Shown one piece after another: positions 14,217 to 27,863 of a DNA stretch of 64,000 nucleotides; the stretch's first letter is position 1, and each line of letters begins with the position of its first letter. Made by a program: the position numbers and the translations under genes. Under the pieces are notes generated by a model, which was not told the DNA's origin, did not search any database, and saw only the letters and a list, made by a program, of their open reading frames with translations. The DNA is taken from the NCBI GenBank assembly GCA_964016885.1, contig OZ024743.1:203112001-203176000 (forward strand), given 5' to 3'. This DNA comes from Eledone cirrhosa (Eukaryota).

Positions 14217-14225
<9 letters not shown>
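10778..14225 (-). mobile_element. Penelope-like element (family B) with inverted terminal arms
   Basis: Minus-strand GTAMGTKTAPTYANL, WKRYLDDCF, KCDRPNCGIC, NLIYVLTCSGC.EQYIGQT (12152-13590); arms 10811-11428 and ~13584-14225 are near-identical inverted copies; (TA)n flanks. Confidence 0.93.
14061..14099 (+). ncRNA. Minimal U3:A8 hammerhead-like motif in the family B pLTR (inverted copy at 10941-10971)
   Basis: TTGAAAA-gcatt..aatgc-GCAA-ccgg-TA; A13 is C in both arms. Confidence 0.55.
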
Positions 14226-14280
<55 letters not shown>

Positions 14281-14562
14281 TAACAGATTAAAGTTTAAGC
14301 AAAGAATCGCTGCTTTCACCCTTAACGGGATCTTCTGAAACACACACACATACACACATACACACACACAAACACACACACACACATATGTATATATATA
14401 TATATATATATATACATACGCATATATATATACATACATGCTTATATATATATAAGGATAGTAGTGTATAGCTATGTTATAAAGAGTTGGGACTCGACGG
14501 GTAAGTTATTGCCATTTCAACAGTCTGGAACAAGCCGTCGTGCTCCGACTCATAGTCATATG

Positions 14563-14594
<32 letters not shown>

Positions 14595-14715
14595 CGTGTG
14601 TGTGTATAAATATTTATATATATTATAACTATAATAAAAGGAGGAGTGCGGGACTGCGTCCCGAATATATTTTTTTATCCCTTTAGTAAAATAACTTGGA
14701 TTACTTTGAATAAAT

Positions 14716-14900
14716 GATTGTTTCTACTTTTGGCACAAGGCCAGCAATTATTCCAGTACATTACTGGTACTTTATTTTATCGACCCCGTAAGGATGAAAT
14801 GCAAAGTTAACCTCGGCGGGATTTGAACTCAGATCGTAAAGGGACGTAACTATGCTGGAAAGCATGTCTGACCCTCTACCGCTACTGCCAATTCACCGCC
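14716..14900 (-). mobile_element. tRNA-derived SINE, full length, with 12-bp TSD
   Basis: A box tggcag..gcgg, B box gagttcaaatc, core ttgcatttcatccttacggggtcgataaa; TSD ctttgaataaat at 14704-14715 and 14901-14912. Confidence 0.88.
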
Positions 14901-15406
14901 CTTTGAATAAATAATGAATGAATATTACATAATTATCTACTAAATTTCGTAACTGTTGATTAAACATAAATATTCTCACATAATGATTGTTTATTTTAAG
15001 ATTCACTTCTTTTAAAATGTTCAAACGTCTAAACTTCCGGTTAGCGTCCGTTATATTAAAACACTTATTACATCGCTTATATAAACATCTATATATTTGC
15101 ATCGTTATATAAGCTTTCGTTACATTTTACCGTAATGCAGTTTATATATAATATCGTCTTTTTTAAATGTATCATCGATTACTTTACTTACAGAAGAGAG
15201 TGTAACACAGTCTATCTCCAATTTCTGTGCATATTGTCAATATAAATTTTATTTGACGTATAACTACATGAATGTATATTTGCATATAATATCAATATGC
15301 ACGCTACACATGCGAGCAGAAAACAACCTCAATGGTGGGATTCTGCTAGTATATATAATGAATGAATGATGATCTACACGGATAAACTATACAGTATAAC
15401 CTAGGA

Positions 15407-15454
<48 letters not shown>

Positions 15455-16030
15455 TAGAAAGTGAGTTTTTATACAAAATGAAAAATAACCGAGGTGTCCT
15501 ACACGAGTGAAAGTATAAAGATAAAAAGATGAAATCGAAAATGCAACTGGAGTCTTATTTTTGTTTAAATATATATATTTATCTAGTTCCTTTACTGGTT
15601 TCGCAGTTCTTCTGCTTTTCAAAAGTAGAGTTGAGATGGAGGGTCTGTGGTTTTTCTCACATCTGGTTGGTCTTTGAATGTTACTTGTTTTATATGGAAA
15701 AAGGTGGCTCGAAACGCCAGGTTTTTAGAGAAGTAATTTGATTTGTTAGTCAATAAGTATAATAAATTTTCGCGCCAGTTCGCGTTATAAAGTTCTTCAA
15801 ACAAGGGTTGGTTTTCATATATGAGTGAAGTTTGGTGGGTTGATGCAGTCACGTGAATAAGCACATCAGCTTTCGCGCCAGTTTGCTTGAATTTCTTTTT
15901 ACTTAAAAAAAGGGGCTCACGAAGGTTTTTTTTTTTATAAATGTAATTTGATTGGTTATAAATGAAATAATGGGTTTCACGTGAACAAGTTCATTAAAAC
16001 CGCGCCCGTATTTTGGTATTTATTTTGTAG
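15455..16030 (-). mobile_element. Solo pLTR/3' end of PLE family C
   Basis: Reverse complement of ~31665-32200; lies in (TA)n. Confidence 0.88.
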
Positions 16031-16087
16031 CCTACACATATATATTTATATATATTTATATATAGATATATATACATCCCCCCCCCC

Positions 16088-16133
<46 letters not shown>

Positions 16134-16315
16134 CAATACATAAACAGAGAAAGCCTTAAGCGATACTCCGACTAGCTCCATCTCACTCAACAAACATTAG
16201 GATATACCTAAGTATTTTCCCAATTTAGTGTTTGGGGTACTAACTAATCAGTATTTCGTAGATAGCTGGTTGTATTATTTTATATGAGACATTATTAAAT
16301 AAATATCTCTTTCCT

Positions 16316-16439
16316 TCCAGACGGCCGTTTCGTTATAAGATTTCTACAATTTGGGATAAATAATTTCCAGGTTATGTAGAAACTTGTATATTATCCATAG
16401 TTTTATACACAAGCGCACACTTATAAATTCATCAGTGGA
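16316..16439 (-). ncRNA. Type I hammerhead motif with ~95-nt stem II region
   Basis: tcca-CTGATGA-atttataag..cttataac-GAAA-cggccg-TC-tgga. Confidence 0.72.
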
Positions 16440-16715
16440 TGCCCAAGTAATATCGATATAAGAATTATATCGACATTAATAGAATGGTGCAAAGAAGAGA
16501 CTGGTAATTAGTAAATCCAGCAGTCCTCCCAATGATAATATACACGCTGTCCCCAAAAGGGTAAAGTGAGATCATCTTAAAATAAAACAATATACACGCT
16601 GGTCATTTAAACCTGTTAGGTATTAACCACGTGTATAAGAACTCAATTGGATATTAAAAGAATAACCATATGTATACACAACCAATGCACACACAGAGAT
16701 ATTAAAACATAATAA

Positions 16716-16804
<89 letters not shown>

Positions 16805-16888
16805 AAGACAGATAGATATTAACAGCGAATGTGAGAAAAAGGGCGCATTGTTGCATTAGAGCAGGAAAGTCGCGGTGTGTGGTTGTGC

Positions 16889-16924
<36 letters not shown>

Positions 16925-17416
16925 GTGTGTGTGTGTATGTGTGTGTATGTGTGTTTAATTGTTCGAGCTGTTTTATGTGCTTCTGGGGGAGTATGAAGTC
17001 GCTCTATGACAGAAATAGGACGTATTTGTGATTGCAAGAATATGTGTATGAAAATGAATCTGCGGGATTGAGTATCGGTATATAAAAATACCTGTTTAAT
17101 AAAAATGTATATATGTGTGTGTATGTGTGTGTGTGTGTGTGTGCATGTGTGAGAGAGAGAGAGAGAACACGAGAGAGAGAGGGGGGAGAAAGAGAGAGAG
17201 GAAGAGAGAGTGTACGTAGAGGCGCACGTGAAAACTTGAAGAAGACAAAACATAATGAGCTCGTGAGAGAACGGAAAACTCATTAAAGAGAGTATGTATG
17301 CATGTTGGTGTATGTATATATGCTGGTGATCGAACTTTGTGGAGAAAAATAACTCATGCTGATGCGCTGTCTGCAACTGGCGGAGTTTAGCGTCCAAGCA
17401 GATGTATGTATGTATG

Positions 17417-17713
17417 TTATCTCTTTCTCTTAATTTCGAGTATATTTTTTTGACCGGCCACCTTCCTGGTGGCAAGGTTGTAAAAGAAAAGAAATTGTCA
17501 TCTCTTGAATCGCAAGAATGTTTTGCAAATTTTGAAGGTGCCAGCTATCGCAGCCATTTGTAGACTATGAATTAGGGAGCTAGGCTCTTTGTCCGCAAAT
17601 CCAAGTTCAGTCATACTTTGGTCCAAGCGGGTTGGTATATAACTCGTAGCTCCAATAATGATGGGTATGAAGCTAAAGGTGTATCTTGGATTCTGGATTT
17701 GTAAACTCCTCAT
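17417..17713 (-). mobile_element. Short 3' fragment of the R4/Dong element
   Basis: ORF 17498-17713 nearly identical to the C-terminus of ORF 44729-44989; (TGTA)n on both flanks. Confidence 0.9.
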
Positions 17714-17760
17714 ATGTATGTATGTATGTATTTATGTATGTATTTATGTATGTATGTATG

Positions 17761-17829
<69 letters not shown>

Positions 17830-17833
17830 AAAG

Positions 17834-17934
<101 letters not shown>

Positions 17935-17976
17935 GTATTTATATATAAATATATGTGTGTATGTATATATTTATAC

Positions 17977-18009
<33 letters not shown>

Positions 18010-18748
18010 GCACAGAGAGAAAGAGTGAGAAAGAGAGAGAGAGATAGTGGTTGTGTAGGATTGTGCAATACCATATAGTGATTGTTAGCAATTGTGAGAT
18101 TCCAAGAAAAGTCATTATTTTAGATTTTAGCTGAAGGTGTGTTTGCGTGTGTACACGTGTAAATGTTTCTAAAATGGAAGGTTATATTTAAAAGAAATAA
18201 AAGCCGAATTTGAATACTGTCGACGTGAGATGCATTTTAAAATTACAAAATCTTCGTTTCTTGTTTTTTTTTCAGAATTACGATACAATGGTATACATTT
18301 TTTTTTGTTTTGTTTTGTTTTGTTTTGTTTTGTTTTGTTTTGTTTTGTTTTGTTTTGTTTTGTTTTGTTGATTTTTTTTGTGGGGTGGCTTCTTTGGTAT
18401 TTCTATTTTCTTTATGTAATGAGTAACTTTGATTAGATTTCTAGGAGATCTTCCAGGATTGGTCTGTTGGGCTGTAAAAGAGAGAATTGGATTTGATGGG
18501 TAGAAATTAGAATCAAATAATAGATGATGTTAGCGACGTTTATTATCATTGTTTAGTAGCTTTTTTTAATGAGCTTCTCAGAAGAGATAGGGGGAAAGGA
18601 GAAGGGAAAAGATGGGCAGAAAGACAATATTTGCAACCTCTCCATGATTGATGAGATGGAATCAGTTGATGTTTAGCTTGGAAGTATGTAGGTCAACAAT
18701 ATTAGCACGACCTGTTTTTTTTTTCTTCTATAACTACCCATACCCATG

Positions 18749-19050
18749 TTTCTTCTTCTTCTTCTTCTTCTTCTTCTTCTTCTTCTTCTTCTTCTTCTTC
18801 TTCTTCTTCTTCTTCTTCTTCTTCTTCTTCGCCAACTTTTTCCACCACTTATTCCTGAGAGTGTTGTGGGGACAGTCTTCAATATTCCTTCCAGCAGTTC
18901 CTGTCAAAAGTAACCGTCTCCAACTGATCCGACTGGATCCCCAAGTAAGACCAGAGTGGTCATGGATATTATCCAACCATCTTGCTTGGTATCTACCCCT
19001 GGGTCTCCTTCCGGCTGGGTTTTGCCCGTAAAACCTGTCTAATGGTTCCT
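18749..19050 (-). mobile_element. RTE-type LINE 3' end with (GAA)n tail
   Basis: Minus-strand GRRPRGR...RWLDNI motif followed by (GAA)n (= (TTC)n at 18749-18830). Confidence 0.65.
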
Positions 19051-19754
19051 TCGTGAGAACAAACTACATACGTTTGGACCTGCTAAAGAGAAATAAGTCA
19101 TGACTCTGCTTATTTTTCACAATTTATTCTGACCGTTATCACGGAAGCCAAATGTGTTAATTGTACATTATAATTAATTTCTTGCAAAGAGGAAATGGGT
19201 TTCATCCAATTCAACCTTCTCCAAATTTTTTCCTTCACATTTCTTTAAATATTTAATAACGAGAATTAATGTTTGTTTTATATGTGACTTTTATTGTATA
19301 AGTTGAAGAACAAATTAATTGTGTTTGCATTCTTTTTATGAGCACTTCTCATGAAATGATTATAAAAATAATGATTTCTCTTATAACTCATAAGATCCAA
19401 AATGTTTCATTCGAACAAAATACAAACATGTCGAGGTATACATACACAATGAACTGGAAAGAAGCAAATACCTCATAAAACATGGAAATAAGATTAAATA
19501 AATAATTATATTATTAAACGTATCCCTTCTGTTGCTTGCAGACGCGATTTTACGTTAACAAATCTTAGAAGAAATGAGTTATTTCGAAAGAAAAAAGCTT
19601 ACAGGCTTTTCTCTAAAACGATATTATTTTGCAAAATGAAGCAATATTAATTAATCACTCGATCAGAATTTGAGCCTAGTGAGGTCGTAGGTTCATAGCA
19701 AAAGACAGTCTCTTTCTTCCATATTTTTCTGTCATGAATCTTCACTTTATTTCA

Positions 19755-19950
19755 TTTTCCACTGTCCCGTGGGTGTTGCAGGGCATAACAGTGTACCTCC
19801 TCCCTCTATATATGTCGCTTGCGAATCAGGTCTAGGGTTGCTGCGAAGTCTTTACTGGTCTATTCCGTGATAGGATCCACCCAGCTAATTTCTTAAGACG
19901 ATCAACCCTCCTTTTTCCTGAACTGTGCCTCGGAGAATGGATTTGCTCAA
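19755..19950 (-). mobile_element. Degenerate RTE-type LINE 3' end
   Basis: Minus-strand LSKSILRGTV... resembles the RTE C-terminal SK.ILQGTV.G.R motif. Confidence 0.5.
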
Positions 19951-20026
19951 CCCATATATGTATTAATATAAATGTAAAATACTGAATAACAATGTTTTTA
20001 AATTTCTGGTTTTCATTTCGTTTCAG

Positions 20027-20197
20027 CTGTCCTATGCTTCAATATCACCAGCACTTAGCAAGAGGGAAGTGTACAAGACATTGGTGAGTGTAGCCCAAGC
20101 TGACTCATCATATAATGTCGCAAGGATGTTGTTTATCAAACACTTTCGCTGGGATACCGTTGCTACGATATACGAAGATATGGAAAGATTCTCATTG
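20027..20197 (+). CDS. Internal coding exon of a GABA-B-receptor-like class C GPCR (Venus-flytrap domain), R2/R3-like
   Basis: Pyrimidine tract and tttcag acceptor before 20027, gtaagt donor at 20198; 171 nt, phase 0-0. Translates to LSYASISPALSKREVYKTLVSVAQADSSYNVARMLFIKHFRWDTVATIYEDMERFSL, which aligns without gaps to the recalled GABA-B segment LSYxSxSPALS...DSSxNxAR..FI..F.W..V.T. Confidence 0.88.
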
Positions 20198-20874
20198 GTA
20201 AGTGGAAAAAATATATATTTGAGATATTTCGAATATGACTTAAAATATTCTCTGCATGTGAGAAGGGGAGAGAAAAATATGTGAGATAACATATAACGAG
20301 GAAACAGAGAGATAGCAGAAGAAAAAGATGAACAAAGAAAAAGGATGTAAACTATGATTTTCAATAACACACGTTATATATCTGTACATACAGGCATGTA
20401 TATAAATGTGAAAATTGAAAAAAGGGGTCTCCAGAATGAAGTACGGTTAACTCATTTATATTTTTTCTAAAGGTTTCTACTATGGGTAGCTTTTCAAATA
20501 CCATTTTCAAGGTTACATTTGTGCTCTGTGTGTTAACGCGCGTATTATTAATCCGTTTCTCGAGTTGTCACTTTGCTATTATCCTTATAATGTACTGAAA
20601 CAGCAAAATATATAGTAATACCTATACATCGAAGCTGGTTGCTTAAGTAAACAAAAGTTGGTGGCTGAATATTTGAGCATTGTTTGCTGCGATGTTCTGT
20701 GTGTCTATGTCTTATATCTATTTTGTCCTATCTGTGTATATATATATTAGTACAGAAAAAAATATTGTGTTCAACCTATGCGGGATCTTCTGAATCTCTA
20801 CGGGTTTATATATATACAATCCTTATCGAGACCTCTTCCAATGTTGGTATTTGTATTTATTATTAAGACTGTAT

Positions 20875-20925
<51 letters not shown>

Positions 20926-21066
20926 TATGCATTTTTGTGTTTGTTCTATTTCATTTCTGTTTAAGTATGTGTAACATTGAGAATTCTTGTAGATGAATTG
21001 CAATGGTTTAGATACAGATATGATTTCTACAAAGAGACACTCCACCCACACACACATTTATATTTA

Positions 21067-21145
<79 letters not shown>

Positions 21146-21178
21146 ATATACATACCTATATACATATATATATATGTA

Positions 21179-21214
<36 letters not shown>

Positions 21215-21469
21215 TGTGTATATATATATAACTGTATATTACTCTCATCATATGTTGCGTGTTTAGTATAATATCGGTTTAGCTTCGGTCATATATTTCC
21301 GAAAATATCCGTGACTCGGCAACGATGGCATATATCCATTATATAAATCAAGTTATAAATTATATGATTTAGTATTGTTTTAAACCTCTACTTATATCAG
21401 AAAGGAAGTAGAGTTGCCATTGAAGTTAATCTACATATTCACTCGTCTTGCAAGGAATACCATTTAAAT

Positions 21470-21729
21470 CATTGGTTCCAAACCGAGGTTCCGCAATGAT
21501 AAATCTATAGCTCCATGAGCCAAGCTTAAAATTTCAGATACGTTATTAAAAACATAATACATACATATTATTATTTATCTATTTTTCTTTATTTTTCTCT
21601 ATTTCTTTATTTCAATATTATCACTCTTTAACACTCTAGAACCGGAATATTTGAAGGGTCTTGTGACTCCGTATGAAAGTTCATTTAAGTAAAAGGCGCT
21701 CATGTTATTTAAAATGCTGGAAACCACTG
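21470..21729. mobile_element. hAT (Charlie-like) MITE
   Basis: TIRs cattggttccaaac / gctggaaaccactg; 8-bp TSD atttaaat at 21462-21469 and 21730-21737. Confidence 0.8.
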
Positions 21730-22381
21730 ATTTAAATCTATCTCATTCTAAACAACAAAGATTATATATGCGTGTGTTTTTATATGTGTATGTGTGTACC
21801 TGTGTGTATGGTTGTGTGTTTGTGTATCCGTGTTCTGTTTTGGTTGTATGTGTGAGTGCATCCTATCCCAGGCTAAAGTCTATTCGCTAGAAAGAAACCA
21901 ATCAGTGCTGAAACGCACGGCAGTAAAATATTGTCGTCTAGACCAACATCACCCTATATTCATTTATTAACATATAGTTTCTTCATATCCTATAACCGCC
22001 ACATAGATGTAGTTTGCCTATTCTTTAGTCCAGCATCAAACTATTGTCCACCTTTATCCTTCCATCATCCCTCTACAGTCCACCCTCACATTATAGCCCA
22101 CCATCACACTTATATTCTTTAAAGCTATTATTCAGCTATAATCTGCCATTACAATTATCTGTTCACCATCACTTTACTCATAGATTATTCTGGAATAGAT
22201 ATGAATCTCTCTGATAAATATTGTAAGAATTCTTTGAGAAACAATGACGTTACTTCCAGATAAACAAAGTTTGGTAATGTTTAATAGATATGGATATATA
22301 TATATACATGTAAAAACAAGCACAGAAACTCATAAACACACACGCGCACGCACACACACGTACACATGCACACACACACAC

Positions 22382-22495
<114 letters not shown>

Positions 22496-22524
22496 CGATA
22501 GTTCCACAACAAATTTGTAAAACA

Positions 22525-22570
22525 TACTAGAGTACACGCGTTTCAGCCGAAGGATTCTTCATCTCTAGTA
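22525..22570 (-). ncRNA. Hammerhead motif with C3>A change (diverged inverted partner at 22611-22660, +)
   Basis: tactagag-ATGAAGA-atccttcggct-GAAA-cgcgtg-TA-ctctagta; perfect 8-bp stem I. Confidence 0.65.
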
Positions 22571-22793
22571 TGGTTATATTGAAAACGGATGTATTTATTC
22601 TCAGTATAACCATGCACGAGTTGAAGAATACTTCGGGTGAAAGGCGTGTTCTCAGGTATGGTTTGATAATCGTATTGTGGAACTAACTCCATCTGACTGA
22701 GTGCGCTAACCACTTCGCATATAACCTTCCGGTTCTTTGTCACTAAATGTATTTATATATGTATGCATGTATGTATGTATATATATACATATA

Positions 22794-22981
<188 letters not shown>

Positions 22982-22996
22982 TGTGTGTGTGTGTGA

Positions 22997-23692
22997 AAAG
23001 GGAAGTAAGTTTCTATATAAAACAGTGGTTATAGAGAAAGGGTGAGATTGGAAATAGCACGAAAAATATATTTAAGGGTCTGTTTTTCTTTTTTTTTTCC
23101 TTTCTTTGATTTGTCAAAGTGAAATTATTGAAGAAATGAGACTGACAATCCATTTAAAAGAACGTTTTTATGTTTATAAAGTATATAACGTATAACTGTT
23201 TTCGATGTATTAGTAAAATTCATCTTATGAAATGGTGAGTATTACAATTAAAAAGAACTAATTAGAATTAAAAACTAAAAATTAAGGATTTAAAATTAAG
23301 TGTTGAGGTAAGTTCTTTTCATCTTCCGTGTTGAGAAAGAGACTAGAAAATGAAATCTTCAGTATAGAGAGAGAGAAAGGTGTAGTCATGATAGTAGCAG
23401 CAGCAGTGGTGGTAGGTGTGATTTTTCAGAGAACAAAATTGTTTTTAGGGACAAAGTAAATATTTCATATGTGTGTGTATCTCAATTGTGTTAATGGACT
23501 GGTCAAGAGTTCAGATGCGGATGTGAGGGGGGAATTGTAAACTAGAGACAAATTCTAAGGGATTGGCAACAACAATACATCGAAACCGGCTATACTTTAT
23601 AAACTTTATAGACATTATAAAACCCTTTTTTCGATAATGTCAAATAAAGGAAAAAAAAGAAAAACATATATATATGGGGTCCTACTTGTTTC

Positions 23693-23693
<1 letters not shown>
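22997..23693 (-). mobile_element. Solo pLTR related to PLE family D, with a short inverted tail
   Basis: Similar to 32225-32700; 23575-23693 is a diverged inverted copy of ~23035-23212. Confidence 0.75.
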
Positions 23694-23761
<68 letters not shown>

Positions 23762-23823
23762 TATATATAGCATATGTATATTTATATAGTATATATATAT
23801 AAATAGTATGTATATAGTATATA

Positions 23824-23906
<83 letters not shown>

Positions 23907-24568
23907 ATTTTACTTCCAGTATTAATTCTAGTTGAGTGCTTATTTTAAGGACGCTTGTGAGCTTTTCCGTTAACTTCCCGCCTCATTTAGACAACACAGC
24001 TGGCGCCCAGCGATATGATTTCAAGTTGTTCGCAGACCAATGAAAGCGGGGATACCTACTGCTGGCATGCCTGAAAAATATCCTATTTTCCATTTGTTGT
24101 TTACTAGAGAAACTCACTGAGTTGCAATAGAACTTACTGTTGGATTCTGCATTCATTTACATAACTAATTCTGTTTTGCATCTAGGAAAACCAATGTTGA
24201 TTTGGGTATATATCAATATTTTTGATATTGTGTTGTATTAATTGATTTGATTAATTAGTTTATTTTAGTTGCATTAATTCTAATTGATAAATCTAACAGA
24301 TTTGTTCGATTATTGCTACCATACTGCTAAATCTCTATGACTATAGTCTGTTTCTGGATTTCATTTCGGTGATCATTGAGGAAGGTATGTCTGACATGGT
24401 ATTACACTGACATGGTTGAACAAAGTATCTTGTAGTAGAGTTATTTCAAAAATCTATTACATATATATATGATGAGACGACCAAGATGAAACTTCAAAGT
24501 GACTGTTATTTGTCTACTTAGAAAATATTAGTTACATACTATCCATCAATATAGAGTGCACAAACCGT

Positions 24569-24599
<31 letters not shown>

Positions 24600-24693
24600 G
24601 AATAAATACCGTATATATATATATATATATATATATAGTATTTATTCAATAACGGTTTGAGCGCTCAATACAGATGGATAACATGTAAATAAT

Positions 24694-24878
24694 TGTTTCT
24701 ACTTTTGGCACAAGGTCATCAATTACCCAGTGCATTAATGGTACTTTTTTTTATCGACCCCGTAAGGATGAAAGGCAAAGTTAACCTCGGCGGGATTTGA
24801 ACTCAGATCATACGGAGGTAAATCTATGCTTCAAAGCATGGCGTCCGACCCTCTACCGATACTGCCAATCCACCGCCT
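24694..24878 (-). mobile_element. tRNA-derived SINE (same family), with 15-bp TSD
   Basis: TSD taacatgtaaataat at 24679-24693 and 24879-24893; high identity to 14716-14900. Confidence 0.9.
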
Positions 24879-25329
24879 TAACATGTAAATAATATATATT
24901 AAGTAGACGCGTAACTGTCACTTTGAAATTTCATCTCGTAAACTATTCGCCAATCATCTCATCTCATGTCGATTACGCCCGTATTTGAAATGATAAAATA
25001 ACAAAATATCCCAAATTATAGGTGAATCGTATATTTAGGGGTAGTACATTTTCACATCTTTTTACTTATGACGATTTTTACTGAATCAAATGAGGAAACC
25101 ACACGACTCAACGAAATGAAATGTAAATAAGCAGTATGAATATGTTGAAAATACACAATATTTATGGATGAAATTTGTTATCACAAAAATTTCCCTTTGT
25201 CCTCTGGGGGACTTGTTGAAATGAGAATAAGCAGAAGAGTTGTTCTAAATTCACGTACATTTGGGGTTAAAGAGAGAAACAGTTTTTTTATGAATGAAAT
25301 TTATAACCGGAAATAAATGTTTCTAGATC

Positions 25330-25990
25330 TTCCAACTCAAGTGGTGTATGATTAAGTTGATCACATGTATAGCCTTAGCCATCCACAGAGCTTGGTTGTA
25401 AGCTCCGAGAACCTGTAAGATGACCAACCACCACGATAGAGAAAGGTGAGTTTTATGAACTCAGCATAGTCTTCTCAGGGAAAATTTTATCTTCAAATGT
25501 AACAACCTTTAGTTTGATAACTTCCTAGCTTGTAATGTCAAACATTTCTTCCATATCACCTTTCCAAATCTCATGCCTTGCAAATTCTTTGTCAGTTATT
25601 ATTGACCTTTCTTTTTTACGTCCTTGATGCTCTCTTTACAAGTTTTCGATTGACGTGCGGGTGTTTTAATCCGTTTCCGTAGAGGTATTTGGTTTTCCCC
25701 ACACTTCCTGAATATTTTGGCTAATGTTTATATGGCAACTGAAATTGTCTCCCCGAGATTGACATAATGGTAGAGAAAACAAAAGAGCTTTTGTTGTTTT
25801 GAGAAGTGTCGAATCTAAGCTTTCTTTCAAGCAGCCAAATGTCCTTTCTGGTTTCCATTTTCGAATTTTCTGTGAAAGATGAAAAGTCAACCAATCAATT
25901 TTATTTTAACAAGCATTTGAGTTTTCACATTTTTGTAACCCATTTAGATTACTAAATCCCTTCGAGTAAAGTCTGTTCCTGGACTTCGAA
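25330..25990 (-). pseudogene. Decayed hATm-like DNA transposase fragment
   Basis: Minus strand P*EDYAEFIKL followed by GAYNQALWMAKAI, matching the recalled PRDDY.E...PGA.H.ARWMAKAIY motif; extent uncertain. Confidence 0.55.
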
Positions 25991-26444
25991 GGAAATGAAA
26001 ATTATTTTGTAACTTATAACAACGGATGGAGCTTGATGAAAACCAGCGTGTTTAGAACTCGTCACCAAAACCAGCACAGAGATAACAGTGCAATGTACCT
26101 TGCATTATACCCTTATTGTTAACTCATTATCTTGCTGAAAACAAAGAATGCTGTGATGGCTACGGTTAGAATGTTTGCTTGATCAGTGATACCCTGGAAC
26201 TAAACTACAACAACTGATAGATATTCTCTTTAATAATGTAATGATTAATAACAGATGTAGACCAAAAGAAGAGTGAAAGTGAGAGATAAAAGGTAAAGCG
26301 AGGAAGACGAGAAACAGATAGATATAAGTGATTGACATAGAACAAAGACAGAATGAAGAGAGTATAAAGAGAGAATAGAGAAGAGATATAAGATATGTAT
26401 AGAGTTAGAATATCTATAGTGAAAGTGGAAACAGGAGACAAACT

Positions 26445-26628
26445 ATTATTGTTTCTACTTTTGGCACAAGGCCAGCAATTATTCCAGTGTATTACTGGTA
26501 CTTTATTTTATCGCCCCGTAGGGATGAAAGGCAAAGTTAACCTCGGCGGGATTTGAACTCAGAAAGGCAAGGGCCGTAGCTCTATGCGTCAAAGCATGGC
26601 GTCCGACCCTCTACCGATACTGCCAATC
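26445..26628 (-). mobile_element. tRNA-derived SINE (same family)
   Basis: High identity to 14716-14900 and 24694-24878. Confidence 0.88.
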
Positions 26629-27572
26629 TAGTAACACATTTAAACATTATATTAAAATATATTAAAAGGAGGGAATAACTACGGAGAACTTAATAGATAC
26701 ATATCCCAAATTATATAACTTCATTATATCTCACAGTGGAGCCATTATGCTTGAAGGGAGGGAAGAGAGATTTTGGCTGTATGACAATAATGATGAAGAA
26801 TCCGTCTTGAAGAAAAGAGAATTTTCACAAAGACTCTGAGAAATTGATTGATACATACACGCACAGTAAGTACATTTTATCAGGTGGGACCAACAAAATA
26901 TGCGAAATGCTTGGACATTTTCCAATGATTAATTTATTGTAAAACGCTGTTTGTTCTAGTGACCGGTATAATAGACGACGTGATTCGGATTATTCTATTT
27001 GGTATTATATTCTATTTGGCAAATGAGATAAGATGGCAGACATAGCCATATAAGTAGGGATATTTATAACTGTTATCGACAATAGCACAATAAAAGACAA
27101 GAATTTAGAGAAGAAGCTTCTACGTGGTCGCTCGAGTTACTAAAAACAGTGGTTGAATTTCCCCTTAACCATTTTCCTACCAATTTGCCAGAAACCGCTC
27201 TTGGTTCCAGGCTACAGAGAACTTTATCTTAAAGTGATTACACGTATTTATTTAATATATTCCCTTATAACTTTATACATGAACCTGTGTTAAGGTAATA
27301 TTAATTGTGAGACATATATTTATATTACAGTATCGTGTCACATTCATGATTATTTGAAAACCATATGTAGTGTCTTTCTTGAAAAATATAGTAACGGAAG
27401 GATTAACCTTGCTCATATATATACTCAATCGAGTCTTACAGGGAGCTAACAACAGCACACAAAACAATGTTTTATTTGTTAAAAATATCTGTAAATACAA
27501 AATAAGACTTACATTTGAGAGCCATTTACACATATCTGGGGTGTACAGACACACACACATTCATGTGTGTTT

Positions 27573-27629
<57 letters not shown>

Positions 27630-27630
<1 letters not shown>

Positions 27631-27778
27631 AGCGACTAAATTTAGTCCAGAATTAGCCGTCGAAACGGCTTGAGCTCAGCCGTCGGGGTCCTACTCGTTC
27701 CTATTACCCACTCTACTACCCTAAGTAGTGAGTACTTTGGTGCTTTATGGTCCATCTAGTTCCTTACCACATTTCTTC

Positions 27779-27780
<2 letters not shown>
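27630..27780 (+). repeat. Family F pLTR-like fragment
   Basis: Reverse complement of 6515-6655. Confidence 0.85.

Positions 27781-27863
<83 letters not shown>

Noticed and set aside
20469-20497. TTGAAAA-gctacccatagta-GAAA motif on the minus strand
   Set aside because: Stem III and stem I cannot be formed; too degenerate to call.
26737-26865. Candidate exon between cacag and gtaagt
   Set aside because: Stops in all three frames and no GABA-B similarity.
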